Assembly: GCA_963813685.1 (NCBI GenBank) | Contig: CAWEZQ010000014.1 | Location: 556,182-620,181 of the forward strand | Direction of reading: 5' to 3' | Source: an uncultured Solirubrobacteraceae bacterium | GTDB taxonomy: Bacteria > Actinomycetota > Thermoleophilia > Solirubrobacterales > Solirubrobacteraceae | DNA length: 64,000 nt | Part shown: piece by piece, positions 29,567-37,367 of the stretch | How the letters are laid out: each line of letters opens with the position of its first letter | How positions within the stretch are numbered: the first letter of the stretch is position 1 | The notes under the pieces: generated by a model | Seen by the model: only the letters and a program-made list of their open reading frames with translations | Told to the model about the DNA's origin: nothing | The model's database searches: none | Position numbers and translations under genes: made by a program

Positions 29567-30363
29567 GACGCCGACTGATGGCGATCGTGGCGGCCGTTTG
29601 CGGCGCGCTCTCGCTGGCTGACCTCGCGGCGCGGTGGGATGCGGGCGCAACTCCGTCGACCCCCGCTACGCCTGCGCCATCCGCGCTGCTGGCGCAAGGT
29701 CACGCGCTGTTCGACTCTTCGTGCGCTTCCTGTCACGGCCTGAACGCTCGCGGCATCCGCGGCCGTGCCCCGAGCCTGCACGGCGTTGGCGCGCTGGCGG
29801 CAGACTTCTATCTGCAGACCGGGCGGATGCCGCTGCCGAGGCCGAAGGCGCAGCCGCTGCGGACCAGCCCGGCGTTCCCGCAAGGCAAGATCAGGGCGCT
29901 CATCGCCTACGTCGCGTCGTTCGGTGGGCCTGGCATCCCCACGGTGACGCCCGGGCAGGGGTCGCTGGCGGAAGGGCAGCGCCTCTTCGGGCTCGACTGT
30001 GCGGGCTGCCACACGATCCAGGGGCAAGGCGGGATCGTGACCGGCGCGATCGTGCCGTCGCTGAACGAGGCGACGCCGACCCAGATCGGCGAGGCGGTGC
30101 GGATCGGCCCGTACGTGATGCCCCGCTTCGGCGAAGGCGAGCTCACGGACGCGCAGGTGAACTCGCTCGCCCGCTACATCCAGAGCGTCCAGCATCCCGA
30201 CGATCTGGGGGGTTGGGGCATCGGCCGGATCGGCCCGATCCCCGAGGGGATGGTCGCCTGGCTGCTGGCGGCCGCGGCGCTGCTGTTGATCGCGAGGCTG
30301 CTCGGCGAGCGCACCAGCGACCGGCACGACCACCCGGCAAAGACGGGCAGGGGTGGCGTATGA
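29563..30363 (+). CDS. qcrC: Diheme cytochrome c subunit of the bcc complex
   Basis: CASCH and CAGCH, TGRMP, EAVRIGPYVMPRF, GPIPEGMVAW plus C-terminal TM. Confidence 0.9.
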   Translation: MRRRLMAIVAAVCGALSLADLAARWDAGATPSTPATPAPSALLAQGHALFDSSCASCHGLNARGIRGRAPSLHGVGALAADFYLQTGRMPLPRPKAQPLRTSPAFPQGKIRALIAYVASFGGPGIPTVTPGQGSLAEGQRLFGLDCAGCHTIQGQGGIVTGAIVPSLNEATPTQIGEAVRIGPYVMPRFGEGELTDAQVNSLARYIQSVQHPDDLGGWGIGRIGPIPEGMVAWLLAAAALLLIARLLGERTSDRHDHPAKTGRGGV

Positions 30364-31331
30364 GCCGCGCGTGGAAGGCGATCGTGATGTTCGTGGTGTG
30401 GCGCGCCGGAGGGCTCCGCGCCCGTCGCGAGCGGCCCGAGGTGGACCCGTCCGAGCGGCGCGCCGGCGCCCCCGCGTGGGCCGAACGGCTGGTCGCCCTG
30501 ACGCTGTTGTCAGTGCCGCTCGCGGCGCTGACATTCGTGTGTCTGTTCGTCTTCGACCCTCAGACGCAGCTGCTCGGCCTCGCGCTCGGCGCGACCCTGG
30601 CGCTCCTCGCCTTGTCGCTGGCGCTCGCCGGGCGTTGGCTCGTGCCACAGGAGACGAGGGTCGAGCAACGTCCGCGACTCGGGAGCCCCGGCGCGACCCT
30701 CGAGGTCGTCGAGCGAGCTGCCGCGGGCATGGAGGGCATCACTCGCCGGCGGCTGCTCGCCGGGGCGGCCGGGGTCGCAGGCGCCGGCCTCAGCGCGGCG
30801 GTGGTGATCCCGGTAGCTGCCCTCGGACCGGGTCTCGAGGAGCAGCTGCGGCGCACTCCTTGGCGTGCCGGGCGCGCGCTCGTGGACGAGCAGGGCAAGC
30901 CGATCCTCGCCGCCGACATCCTCGAGCGCAGCTTCCTGACGGCGTTTCCACAGGGTGCCGACCAGGAGGACCTCGGCTCGCCGGTGGTGGTGGTGCGCGT
31001 GAGCCCGAGCACGTTGAGGCTACCGGCGGAGCGCGCGGGCTGGGCACCGGAAGGCATCCTCGCGTACTCGAAGATCTGTACCCACGCGGCGTGCGCGGTC
31101 TCCTTGTTTCGTGACCCGTTGAGCCCCTCGACCGAGTCCAAGGGGCCGGCGCTGGTGTGCCCCTGCCACTACTCGACGTTCGATGTGCTCGATGGCGGCA
31201 GCGTCGAGTTCGGGCCCGCCGGGCGGCCGCTGCCGCAGCTGCCACTCACGATCGACGGCGACGGTGCGCTGCGTGCCGCGGGGCCGATGTCCGGGCCTGT
31301 CGGCCCGGCTTGGTGGGGCGACGCGAAGTGA
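30360..31331 (+). CDS. qcrA: Rieske iron-sulfur subunit of the bcc complex
   Basis: Internal Tat motif ITRRRLL after TM helices; YSKICTHAAC and CPCHYSTFD, FGPAGRPLPQLP. Confidence 0.92.
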   Translation: MSRAWKAIVMFVVWRAGGLRARRERPEVDPSERRAGAPAWAERLVALTLLSVPLAALTFVCLFVFDPQTQLLGLALGATLALLALSLALAGRWLVPQETRVEQRPRLGSPGATLEVVERAAAGMEGITRRRLLAGAAGVAGAGLSAAVVIPVAALGPGLEEQLRRTPWRAGRALVDEQGKPILAADILERSFLTAFPQGADQEDLGSPVVVVRVSPSTLRLPAERAGWAPEGILAYSKICTHAACAVSLFRDPLSPSTESKGPALVCPCHYSTFDVLDGGSVEFGPAGRPLPQLPLTIDGDGALRAAGPMSGPVGPAWWGDAK

Positions 31332-32728
31332 GCGCCACGGGCAGGAGCGAGCGGCCGGTGGACGCGGTGGCGTTCGTGGATGAGCGGCTCGGCGCCGCGC
31401 GTGGCCTGCAATGGCTGATGGACTACGTGTTCCCCGACCATTGGAGCTTCCTGCTCGGCGAGATCGCGCTGTACTCGTTCATCGTGCTGGTCCTTACCGG
31501 CACTTTCCTGGCGTTGTTCTTCGACCCCGACACGACCCAGGTCGTCTACCACGGCAGCTACCAGGCCCTGCTCGGCCAGAGCGTCTCCGGCGCATACGCC
31601 TCGACGCTGCAAATCTCCTTCAACGTGTCGGCCGGGCTGCTTGCGCGCCAGGTTCATCATTGGGCGGCGCTGGTGTTCCTCGCCGCGATCACCCTGCACC
31701 TTCTGCGGATCGTTTTCACCGGAGCGTTTCGCAAGCCGCGCGACGTCAACTACTTCGTCGGCGTGACGCTGCTGGCGCTCGCGATCTTGGAGGGGTTCGC
31801 CGGCTACTCGCTGCCCGACGACCTGCTGTCGGGCATGGGCCTTGCGATCGCGTGGGCGGTCGCCATGTCACTACCGCTGGTCGGCGGCGCATTCGCCACC
31901 GCGCTGTGGGGCGGCAGGTTCCCAGGCTCGACGGCATTCGAGTCGCGGCTGTTCATCGCGCACGTCTTCCTGTTGCCCGCGATCATCGCCGGCCTGATCG
32001 CGGTGCACGTGGCGATCATCATGCGCCAGCGTCACTCGCAATTCGCGGGCCCGGGCCGTCATGAGCAGAACGTCGTGGGCACGCCGATGTGGCCGGGCTA
32101 CGCGCTGCGCTCCCTCGGCCTATTCGCGGCGGTGGGCGCGCTGCTGGTGCTGATGGGGGGGCTGATCCAGATCAATCCGGTGTGGCTGTGGGGCCCGTAT
32201 CACCCGTACATCGGCACCAACGGCGCGCAGCCGGATTGGTATCTGGGGTGGCTGATCGGCGCGCTGCGGCTGATGCCGAACCTGGAGATCCACCTGTTCG
32301 GGCACACGCTGGTGCCGAACCCGTTCTTCGGCGGGGTTGTGTTTCCCGGCATCGTGTTCGGGTTGCTCTACGCGCTGCCGTGGCTTGACCGGCGCTTGAT
32401 CTCCAAGGACTACCGCCGCCACGACCTGCTCGAGCGCCCGCGCGACAACCCGCGGCGCAGCGCGCTCGCCGCCGCCGTGCTCTCGGCGGTCGCGGTGGTG
32501 TTCGCCGCGGGCTCCGCTGACCGCCTCTTCTTCCAGTTCGGGTTTGGCTATGAAGGCGCCGTGTGGTTCTTCCGCGGCGCGTTCCTGCTGATGCCGGTCG
32601 TCGTGTTCGTCGCCACAAAAAGGCTATGCGTGGTGCTCGCGCGGGAACGGGCGCACCCGCTGCGGGGTTGGAGCGGCCAGGTCGTGGTGCGCAACCCAGG
32701 CGGCGGCTATGACACGACCGGTGGGTGA
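31328..32728 (+). CDS. qcrB: Cytochrome b subunit of the bcc complex
   Basis: VFPDHWSFLLGEIALY, RQVHHWAA...LHLLR, GYSLPDDLLSG, QPDWY. Confidence 0.93.
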   Translation: MSATGRSERPVDAVAFVDERLGAARGLQWLMDYVFPDHWSFLLGEIALYSFIVLVLTGTFLALFFDPDTTQVVYHGSYQALLGQSVSGAYASTLQISFNVSAGLLARQVHHWAALVFLAAITLHLLRIVFTGAFRKPRDVNYFVGVTLLALAILEGFAGYSLPDDLLSGMGLAIAWAVAMSLPLVGGAFATALWGGRFPGSTAFESRLFIAHVFLLPAIIAGLIAVHVAIIMRQRHSQFAGPGRHEQNVVGTPMWPGYALRSLGLFAAVGALLVLMGGLIQINPVWLWGPYHPYIGTNGAQPDWYLGWLIGALRLMPNLEIHLFGHTLVPNPFFGGVVFPGIVFGLLYALPWLDRRLISKDYRRHDLLERPRDNPRRSALAAAVLSAVAVVFAAGSADRLFFQFGFGYEGAVWFFRGAFLLMPVVVFVATKRLCVVLARERAHPLRGWSGQVVVRNPGGGYDTTGG

Positions 32729-32744
32729 CGGATGTCGGCTGCGC

Positions 32745-33000
32745 CTTATCAGACGCTCGCCGATGCTCTGCTATTTCCCTGCCAAGCGCAGAGCGCACCG
32801 AGAGGTTGACGGCGACCGGGACCAGGTCACCGCTCTCGCGCCACCGGCGCGCTGTTGCGAAAGCGCGCGATCGAGCACGTCGATGGTGAGGTCGCGCATC
32901 ATTCCCTCGCGCTCGGCGATGGGTATGAAATCGGCGGGCGGCAGGAGCCTGAGCCTGGGGTGTTGCCAGCGCACGAGAGCCTCCCCACGGGTGTATCGGC
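32745..33000 (-). pseudogene. EAL (c-di-GMP phosphodiesterase) domain fragment
   Basis: EALVRWQHPRLRLLPPADFIPIAEREGMMRDLTIDVLDRAL in one frame, continuing as RRWRESGDLVPVAVNLSVR in another; no intact start or C-terminal half. Confidence 0.75.
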
Positions 33001-33034
33001 ACCCGAAGTGGTGAGGTAATCCAGTGAAGTGCAG

Positions 33035-33062
33035 GACCGGGCCGCCGAGAGGCGGCCCGGTC
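33035..33062 (-). terminator. Perfect 12-bp GC hairpin, likely terminator of the RFRP peptide gene
   Basis: GACCGGGCCGCC-GAGA-GGCGGCCCGGTC, about 70 nt after the stop at 33132; no long U tract. Confidence 0.6.
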
Positions 33063-33131
33063 AGCGCTTGAAGGCACGCACGCGACGTCTCTGCGCGAGG
33101 CGCCGCGCGCGTTCCCCGCCGTGCTCTCGTG

Positions 33132-33320
33132 CTACGGGCGGAAGCGCTGTGCTTCGACCTCCGGGCCCTCCTCGTTGTGCTCCGCCGGTCCAGGGCGAAA
33201 ACGTTCCTGGACGTCGGCTGGATCCTCGGGCCCCGGGCGAAATCGCTGGGCCTCAACCTCTGGGCCGGGTCGGAAACGACCGTGCTCGCCGCTCTCGCCC
33301 TTTTTGTCGCTGGTGTCCAT
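33132..33320 (-). CDS. 62-aa repeat peptide (four RFRP cores, acidic spacers); putative precursor peptide
   Basis: RBS GAAAGGGGAG before ATG 33320; MDTSDKKGESGEHGRFRPGPEVEAQRFRPGPEDPADVQERFRPGPAEHNEEGPEVEAQRFRP; repeats are conserved in protein with synonymous codon differences. Confidence 0.8.
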   Translation of the reverse strand: MDTSDKKGESGEHGRFRPGPEVEAQRFRPGPEDPADVQERFRPGPAEHNEEGPEVEAQRFRP

Positions 33321-33371
33321 CGAACTCCCCTTTCCGCGTGTCGCGGGACTTTGCTGCATCTAGTACAAGCG

Positions 33372-33414
33372 ACCGTACAGCTTTGCGCGGCGCCTGTGTG
33401 TTGCATGCGTCACA
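33372..33414 (-). promoter_or_regulatory. CRP/FNR-like box plus -10 element for the peptide gene
   Basis: Minus strand TGTGA-cgcatg-CAACA (33414-33399) and TACGGT (33377-33372). Confidence 0.5.
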
Positions 33415-33430
33415 TAAGCGGCGACGCCGC

Positions 33431-35089
33431 CTACCGAAGCGCCCGCGGGCTACCTACCTGCAGCGCCTGTAGGAGCGCCTCGCCGGCTCGGCGGCTGTCC
33501 TCGTTGCCGGTGACGACCTCCATGAAAACGTCTCTGTGGAGGACCTCGAGCCGGAGGGGCTGGGTCGCGCGCACCGTCGCCTGCCGAGGCACGTCGCGTA
33601 GCAGCGCTATCTCGCCGAACGCCTCTCCAGGACCGAGCCGGCCGACCTCTACGCCGTCCACGAGTACCTGCGCCTCGCCATCCGAGATCACGTAGTAGGC
33701 ATCGCCTCGATCGCCCTGCGCGATGATCTGCTCGCCGGGCGCCGCCACCTGCTCGCGGGCGCTCGATGCGAGACGCTCGAGCACTGCGACGGGCAGCGTC
33801 CTGAAGAGCGGCAGCGAAGCGAACAGCTCGATGCGAGCGACCGCGGCGGGTGCGTGCGCGTCGATCGCCCGCAGGCTCGGGTAGGCGGCTGCGACGGACG
33901 CCGCCACGCCCGCGGCGGCGGCGGCGAGCGCGCCTCTGAGCCCCAGCGCGGAGATCAGTGCGGGCGCAAGCAGACCGCCGAGCAGAAGCGAGGCGACGAT
34001 GATCGTGCCGATCACGCTGAACGCGCGCGCGAGCATCGCCTCCGGCACAGCCCGCTGGAGCAGCGTGAACGTTGCGACATCGACGTAGCACGCGCCAAGG
34101 TTCATCACGACGAGCGCCACGAGTGCGACCGGCAGGAGCGCGAGCGCCGCCATCGCGGCATAGCCGAGCGCGATCAAGCCCATCCCGGTGAGCAGCGGAG
34201 GCGCAAGGCGACCGCCTTTCAGCGTCATCGTGAGGATTCCCCCGGCAACCGCTCCGACCCCGGCGGCCGCGTTCAGCCAGCCCACCGCGCTCGAGCCCTG
34301 GTGGAGCTCCTGCAGCGGCACCGACACGATGAACACGAGCAGAAGCCCGAAGGCGAGCATCTGCGCGGCGAACACGCCGACGACGACTCGCAGCCGCCCG
34401 TCGCCGACGATCGTTCGAAAGCCGGCCAGCGACTGGCGCGCGATCGTGCCCAGCGTCACCCCGTGGCGCGGGGATGACGGCTCGGCGATCGAGAACGCGA
34501 GCGCGGCGGCGGTGGCAGCCGCGGCGCCATCAACCGCGAGCACCACCTGCACGCTCGACACGCCGAGCAGTACGCCGCCCAGGGCGGGGCCCAGGGTCAA
34601 GGCGGCGCCGTCGACGGTCGCCTCGAGGGCGTTTGAGGCCGTCAGCTGCGCGGGCGTGCGCGCGAGCATCGGCAGAAGCGCCGCGCGAGCCGGGTCGAGC
34701 GCCGTCTGTGCGACCGCCGATATGGCGATCGCAACGAACACCGTCCCGGGGCCCGCACCCTCGATCACGAGCGCCGCGGCCAGCAGTTGACCGCCGGCGC
34801 GGACAAGCTCTATACCCGCGACCACGAGATGCCGCCGGTAGCGGTCGGCCAGGATCCCCGCGAACGGCGAGACCAGCAACGTCGGGCCGAGTCGGACCGC
34901 TGTCATGACACCCACCTCGCGGGCCCCACCGTGGCGAAAGGCGTACAGGCTGATCGCCACGAATCCCGCCCAGGCACCGAGCTGGGCCGACGCGTACGCG
35001 AAATTCAGACGCCTCAGGTTCGGCTCGGCGAGGACGGTGCGCCCCGCCTCAACGCGATCTCGAACGAGGGCACGCAACTGAGCAGGCAT
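33431..35089 (-). CDS. MFS transporter fused to a C-terminal cyclic nucleotide-binding domain
   Basis: ATG 35089; about 12 TM, GILADRYRR motif; cNMP domain LPLF...IIAQGDRGDAYYVISDG...FGEIALLRDVPRQATVRA. Confidence 0.9.
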   Translation of the reverse strand: MPAQLRALVRDRVEAGRTVLAEPNLRRLNFAYASAQLGAWAGFVAISLYAFRHGGAREVGVMTAVRLGPTLLVSPFAGILADRYRRHLVVAGIELVRAGGQLLAAALVIEGAGPGTVFVAIAISAVAQTALDPARAALLPMLARTPAQLTASNALEATVDGAALTLGPALGGVLLGVSSVQVVLAVDGAAAATAAALAFSIAEPSSPRHGVTLGTIARQSLAGFRTIVGDGRLRVVVGVFAAQMLAFGLLLVFIVSVPLQELHQGSSAVGWLNAAAGVGAVAGGILTMTLKGGRLAPPLLTGMGLIALGYAAMAALALLPVALVALVVMNLGACYVDVATFTLLQRAVPEAMLARAFSVIGTIIVASLLLGGLLAPALISALGLRGALAAAAAGVAASVAAAYPSLRAIDAHAPAAVARIELFASLPLFRTLPVAVLERLASSAREQVAAPGEQIIAQGDRGDAYYVISDGEAQVLVDGVEVGRLGPGEAFGEIALLRDVPRQATVRATQPLRLEVLHRDVFMEVVTGNEDSRRAGEALLQALQVGSPRALR

Positions 35090-35170
35090 CGCGCGCGAGC
35101 ATCTCACAGGCGATGCGCTGCCGAGAGTGGTGGGCCGGGCCGGGTACACCCCGATAGGGTTGCCGCGGCT

Positions 35171-35980
35171 ATGTCGAGCGAGCGTCCAGCGTGGAGCATG
35201 GGAGAGACGGACGTCGCGGTCGACGCCGCACTGTGGCGCGGGCCGATCACGCGCGATTGGGCGTGGGGAGGCTCGACGGGCCGCGACGTGAGCGTGGGCG
35301 TCGTGGACTCCGGGGTCGACCGCGACCATCCCGATGTCGGAGCCCTCGAGCGGGCCGTCGTGGTTCGTGCCGACGATGACGGGGCCCCCGTCGCCGAGGA
35401 CGACGATGAGCCGGATGTCAGCGGTCATGGCACTGCGTGCGCAGCGCTCATCCGGGCGATCGCTCCGGAGTGTCGGCTGACCAGTGTGCGCGTGCTCGGA
35501 TCCGATTTCACGGGCAAGGGCGCCGACCTGCTCGCGGGCCTGCAATGGGCGCTCGCGCGCGGATGCCAGATCGTGAACCTGAGCCTCGCGACGACTCGCA
35601 GGGAATTCACGCTTGCCCTTCACGAGCTGATCGATGCGGCCTACTTCAACAGCTCGATCGTGGTCGCCTCGGCTCACAACATGCCGGTCGCCAGTTGGCC
35701 CTGGCGCTTCTCCTCGGTGGTCTCGGTGGCCAGTCACGATCGCCCCGATCCGTTCGAGTTTCACTACAACCCCGAGCCCCCGGTCGAGTTCTTCGCGCGG
35801 GGCGCCGACATCGACGTCGCGTGGCCGGGCGGTGGTCACATCCGCGTATCGGGGAACTCCTTCGCAACGCCTCACATCAGCGCCCTGTGTGCGCTGATCC
35901 TCGCCAAGCACCCAGCCCTGACGCCGTTCCAGCTCAAGTCGGTGCTGTACGCCACCGCGACCAACGTGGTCACCGCGTGA
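35171..35980 (+). CDS. Small S8 family serine peptidase without signal peptide
   Basis: MSSERPAWS start; VVDSGVD (Asp), GHGTACA (His), VNLSL, SAHN, SGNSFATPH (Ser). Confidence 0.9.
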   Translation: MSSERPAWSMGETDVAVDAALWRGPITRDWAWGGSTGRDVSVGVVDSGVDRDHPDVGALERAVVVRADDDGAPVAEDDDEPDVSGHGTACAALIRAIAPECRLTSVRVLGSDFTGKGADLLAGLQWALARGCQIVNLSLATTRREFTLALHELIDAAYFNSSIVVASAHNMPVASWPWRFSSVVSVASHDRPDPFEFHYNPEPPVEFFARGADIDVAWPGGGHIRVSGNSFATPHISALCALILAKHPALTPFQLKSVLYATATNVVTA

Positions 35981-36029
35981 ACGTCGCCGCGTCCGAGCGA
36001 ATGTGGGTTCACGGGCCCGCGAGGCCGGC

Positions 36030-36677
36030 GTGAGCGAACCCGGCGAGCTGCGTGCTGCGGTTGCCTCCGGAGCCCTGGCGGGCGAGGCCGCAAGGCATGG
36101 CCTGCTGCGCTCGATAACCGACGTGGCGAGGGCGATCTTCGGAGCTCGCGCCTCCTCGATCATGACGCACGACCCCGCGACCCGCGAGCTCGAGTTCGCA
36201 GCCCTGTCGGGCGAGGGCGGAGACCTGCTCGGCACCCGCTTCCCGGACTCGAAGGGGATTGCCGGCTGGGTGTTCACGGCGCGACAGCCGCTCGTCGTCG
36301 AGGACGTTGGGTCCGATCCGCGCTTCGCCCGCGACATCGCAGATTCAACCGGCTACGTGCCGAAGGGCCTGATGGCTGCGCCACTTCTGCTCGATGAGCG
36401 CGCGCTCGGCGTTCTCTCGGTCCTCGACCGTCCCGAGCGGGCGAACTTCAGCCTCTCCGAGATGGATCTGCTCGGCCTGTTTGCCAATCAGGCGGCAATC
36501 GCGATCGACATCTCCTCGGCCGCCCGGCGCGCTCGCGCGCTGATCGAGGGGGGCGACTCTGAGCTCGAGGATCTGGCGGCGCTGGCCGAGCTGATCGGCG
36601 GCCTGGGCGGGCGGGCGCGCGATCGTGGCCTCGCGCTCATCGCATCCCTGCGCGAGCTGCTCGGCACCTTGCGCTAG
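36030..36677 (+). CDS. Stand-alone GAF domain protein
   Basis: GIAGWVFTARQPLVVEDVGSDPRF, LMAAPL...LGVLSVLD, LLGLFANQAAIAI. Confidence 0.88.
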   Translation: MSEPGELRAAVASGALAGEAARHGLLRSITDVARAIFGARASSIMTHDPATRELEFAALSGEGGDLLGTRFPDSKGIAGWVFTARQPLVVEDVGSDPRFARDIADSTGYVPKGLMAAPLLLDERALGVLSVLDRPERANFSLSEMDLLGLFANQAAIAIDISSAARRARALIEGGDSELEDLAALAELIGGLGGRARDRGLALIASLRELLGTLR

Positions 36678-36720
36678 AAGCCCAGCATCGGACTCGGACC
36701 GATGACCCCTTCCTTACCAT
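36678..36720 (-). repeat. 43-bp duplicate of the tRNA-Thr 3' half (att-like direct repeat)
   Basis: aagcccagcatcggactcgGaccgatgaccccttccttaccat matches 43022-43064 with one mismatch. Confidence 0.92.
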
Positions 36721-36816
36721 CAGCGAGCGGGAGCGGACGGCTGCGGATCGTTTGCGGGTTTGGGCAGCAGCGCGGGTTTTTCAGTGCGGGATGGCCGCTC
36801 TCGGGCGTCAGGCAAG

Positions 36817-37287
36817 TTAGCGACGTGGCGCTATGCCGTCGAGGTCTCCTGGCCCAGGGATTGCTTTGACGTCTTGGGGGCCGACCGGCTGGCCGCAGGC
36901 GGAGCAGACCATTCGGGGCTCGGAGACCTGACCGCAACTGTCGTGGATCAGCTGCAGCGGCTGGCCATCTGGTGCGGCGTATTTGTCGCCCCACTGGCGC
37001 ATGGCGGTGACCACTGGCCACAGATCCTTGCCCTTGTCGGTTAGCCGGTAGTCGAACCGCGGCGGGTGCTCGCTGTAGGGAACCTTGGTGAGCACGCCGG
37101 CCTCAACGAGGCGAGCCAAGCGCTGGCCCAGCACGTTGCGCGAGATCCCGAGTCGCTCCCGGAACTCGTCGAAGCGGCTCACGCCGAAGAAGGCGTCGCG
37201 GACGATCAGCAGCGTCCACCACTCGCCCACGACCTCGAGGCACTGCGCGAGCGAGCAGTGCATGTCGGAAAAGCTCTTGCGCTCCAT
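36817..37287 (-). CDS. HxlR family winged-helix regulator
   Basis: MHCSLAQCLEVVGEWWTLLIVRDAFFGVSRFDEF...YRLTDKGKDL...WGD. Confidence 0.92.
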   Translation of the reverse strand: MERKSFSDMHCSLAQCLEVVGEWWTLLIVRDAFFGVSRFDEFRERLGISRNVLGQRLARLVEAGVLTKVPYSEHPPRFDYRLTDKGKDLWPVVTAMRQWGDKYAAPDGQPLQLIHDSCGQVSEPRMVCSACGQPVGPQDVKAIPGPGDLDGIAPRR

Positions 37288-37298
37288 GGCTTCAGGAT

Positions 37299-37355
37299 AG
37301 TGGGTTGCGTCATAGAACTCAACTTGATAGAGTGCGTTGCGTCAAAGAACTCACT
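37299..37355. promoter_or_regulatory. Two tandem operator-like sites between the divergent HxlR and MFS genes
   Basis: GTTGCGTCATAGAACTCA (37304-37321) and GTTGCGTCAAAGAACTCA (37336-37353), each inside an imperfect palindrome AGTGnGTT-N9-AACTCA. Confidence 0.65.
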
Positions 37356-37367
37356 TCGGGAGAGCCC

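Noticed and set aside
33132-33320. Relationship of RFRP to vertebrate RFamide-related peptides or to the Bac5 N-terminus
   Set aside because: A four-residue or name-level coincidence gives no evidence of homology
35090-36337. N-terminal 416 aa of the 968-aa ORF 33431..36337
   Set aside because: Antisense shadow of the S8 and GAF genes; the MFS domain starts at ATG 35089
36678-36720. Second functional tRNA-Thr
   Set aside because: Only the 3' half is present and the T-loop is mutated
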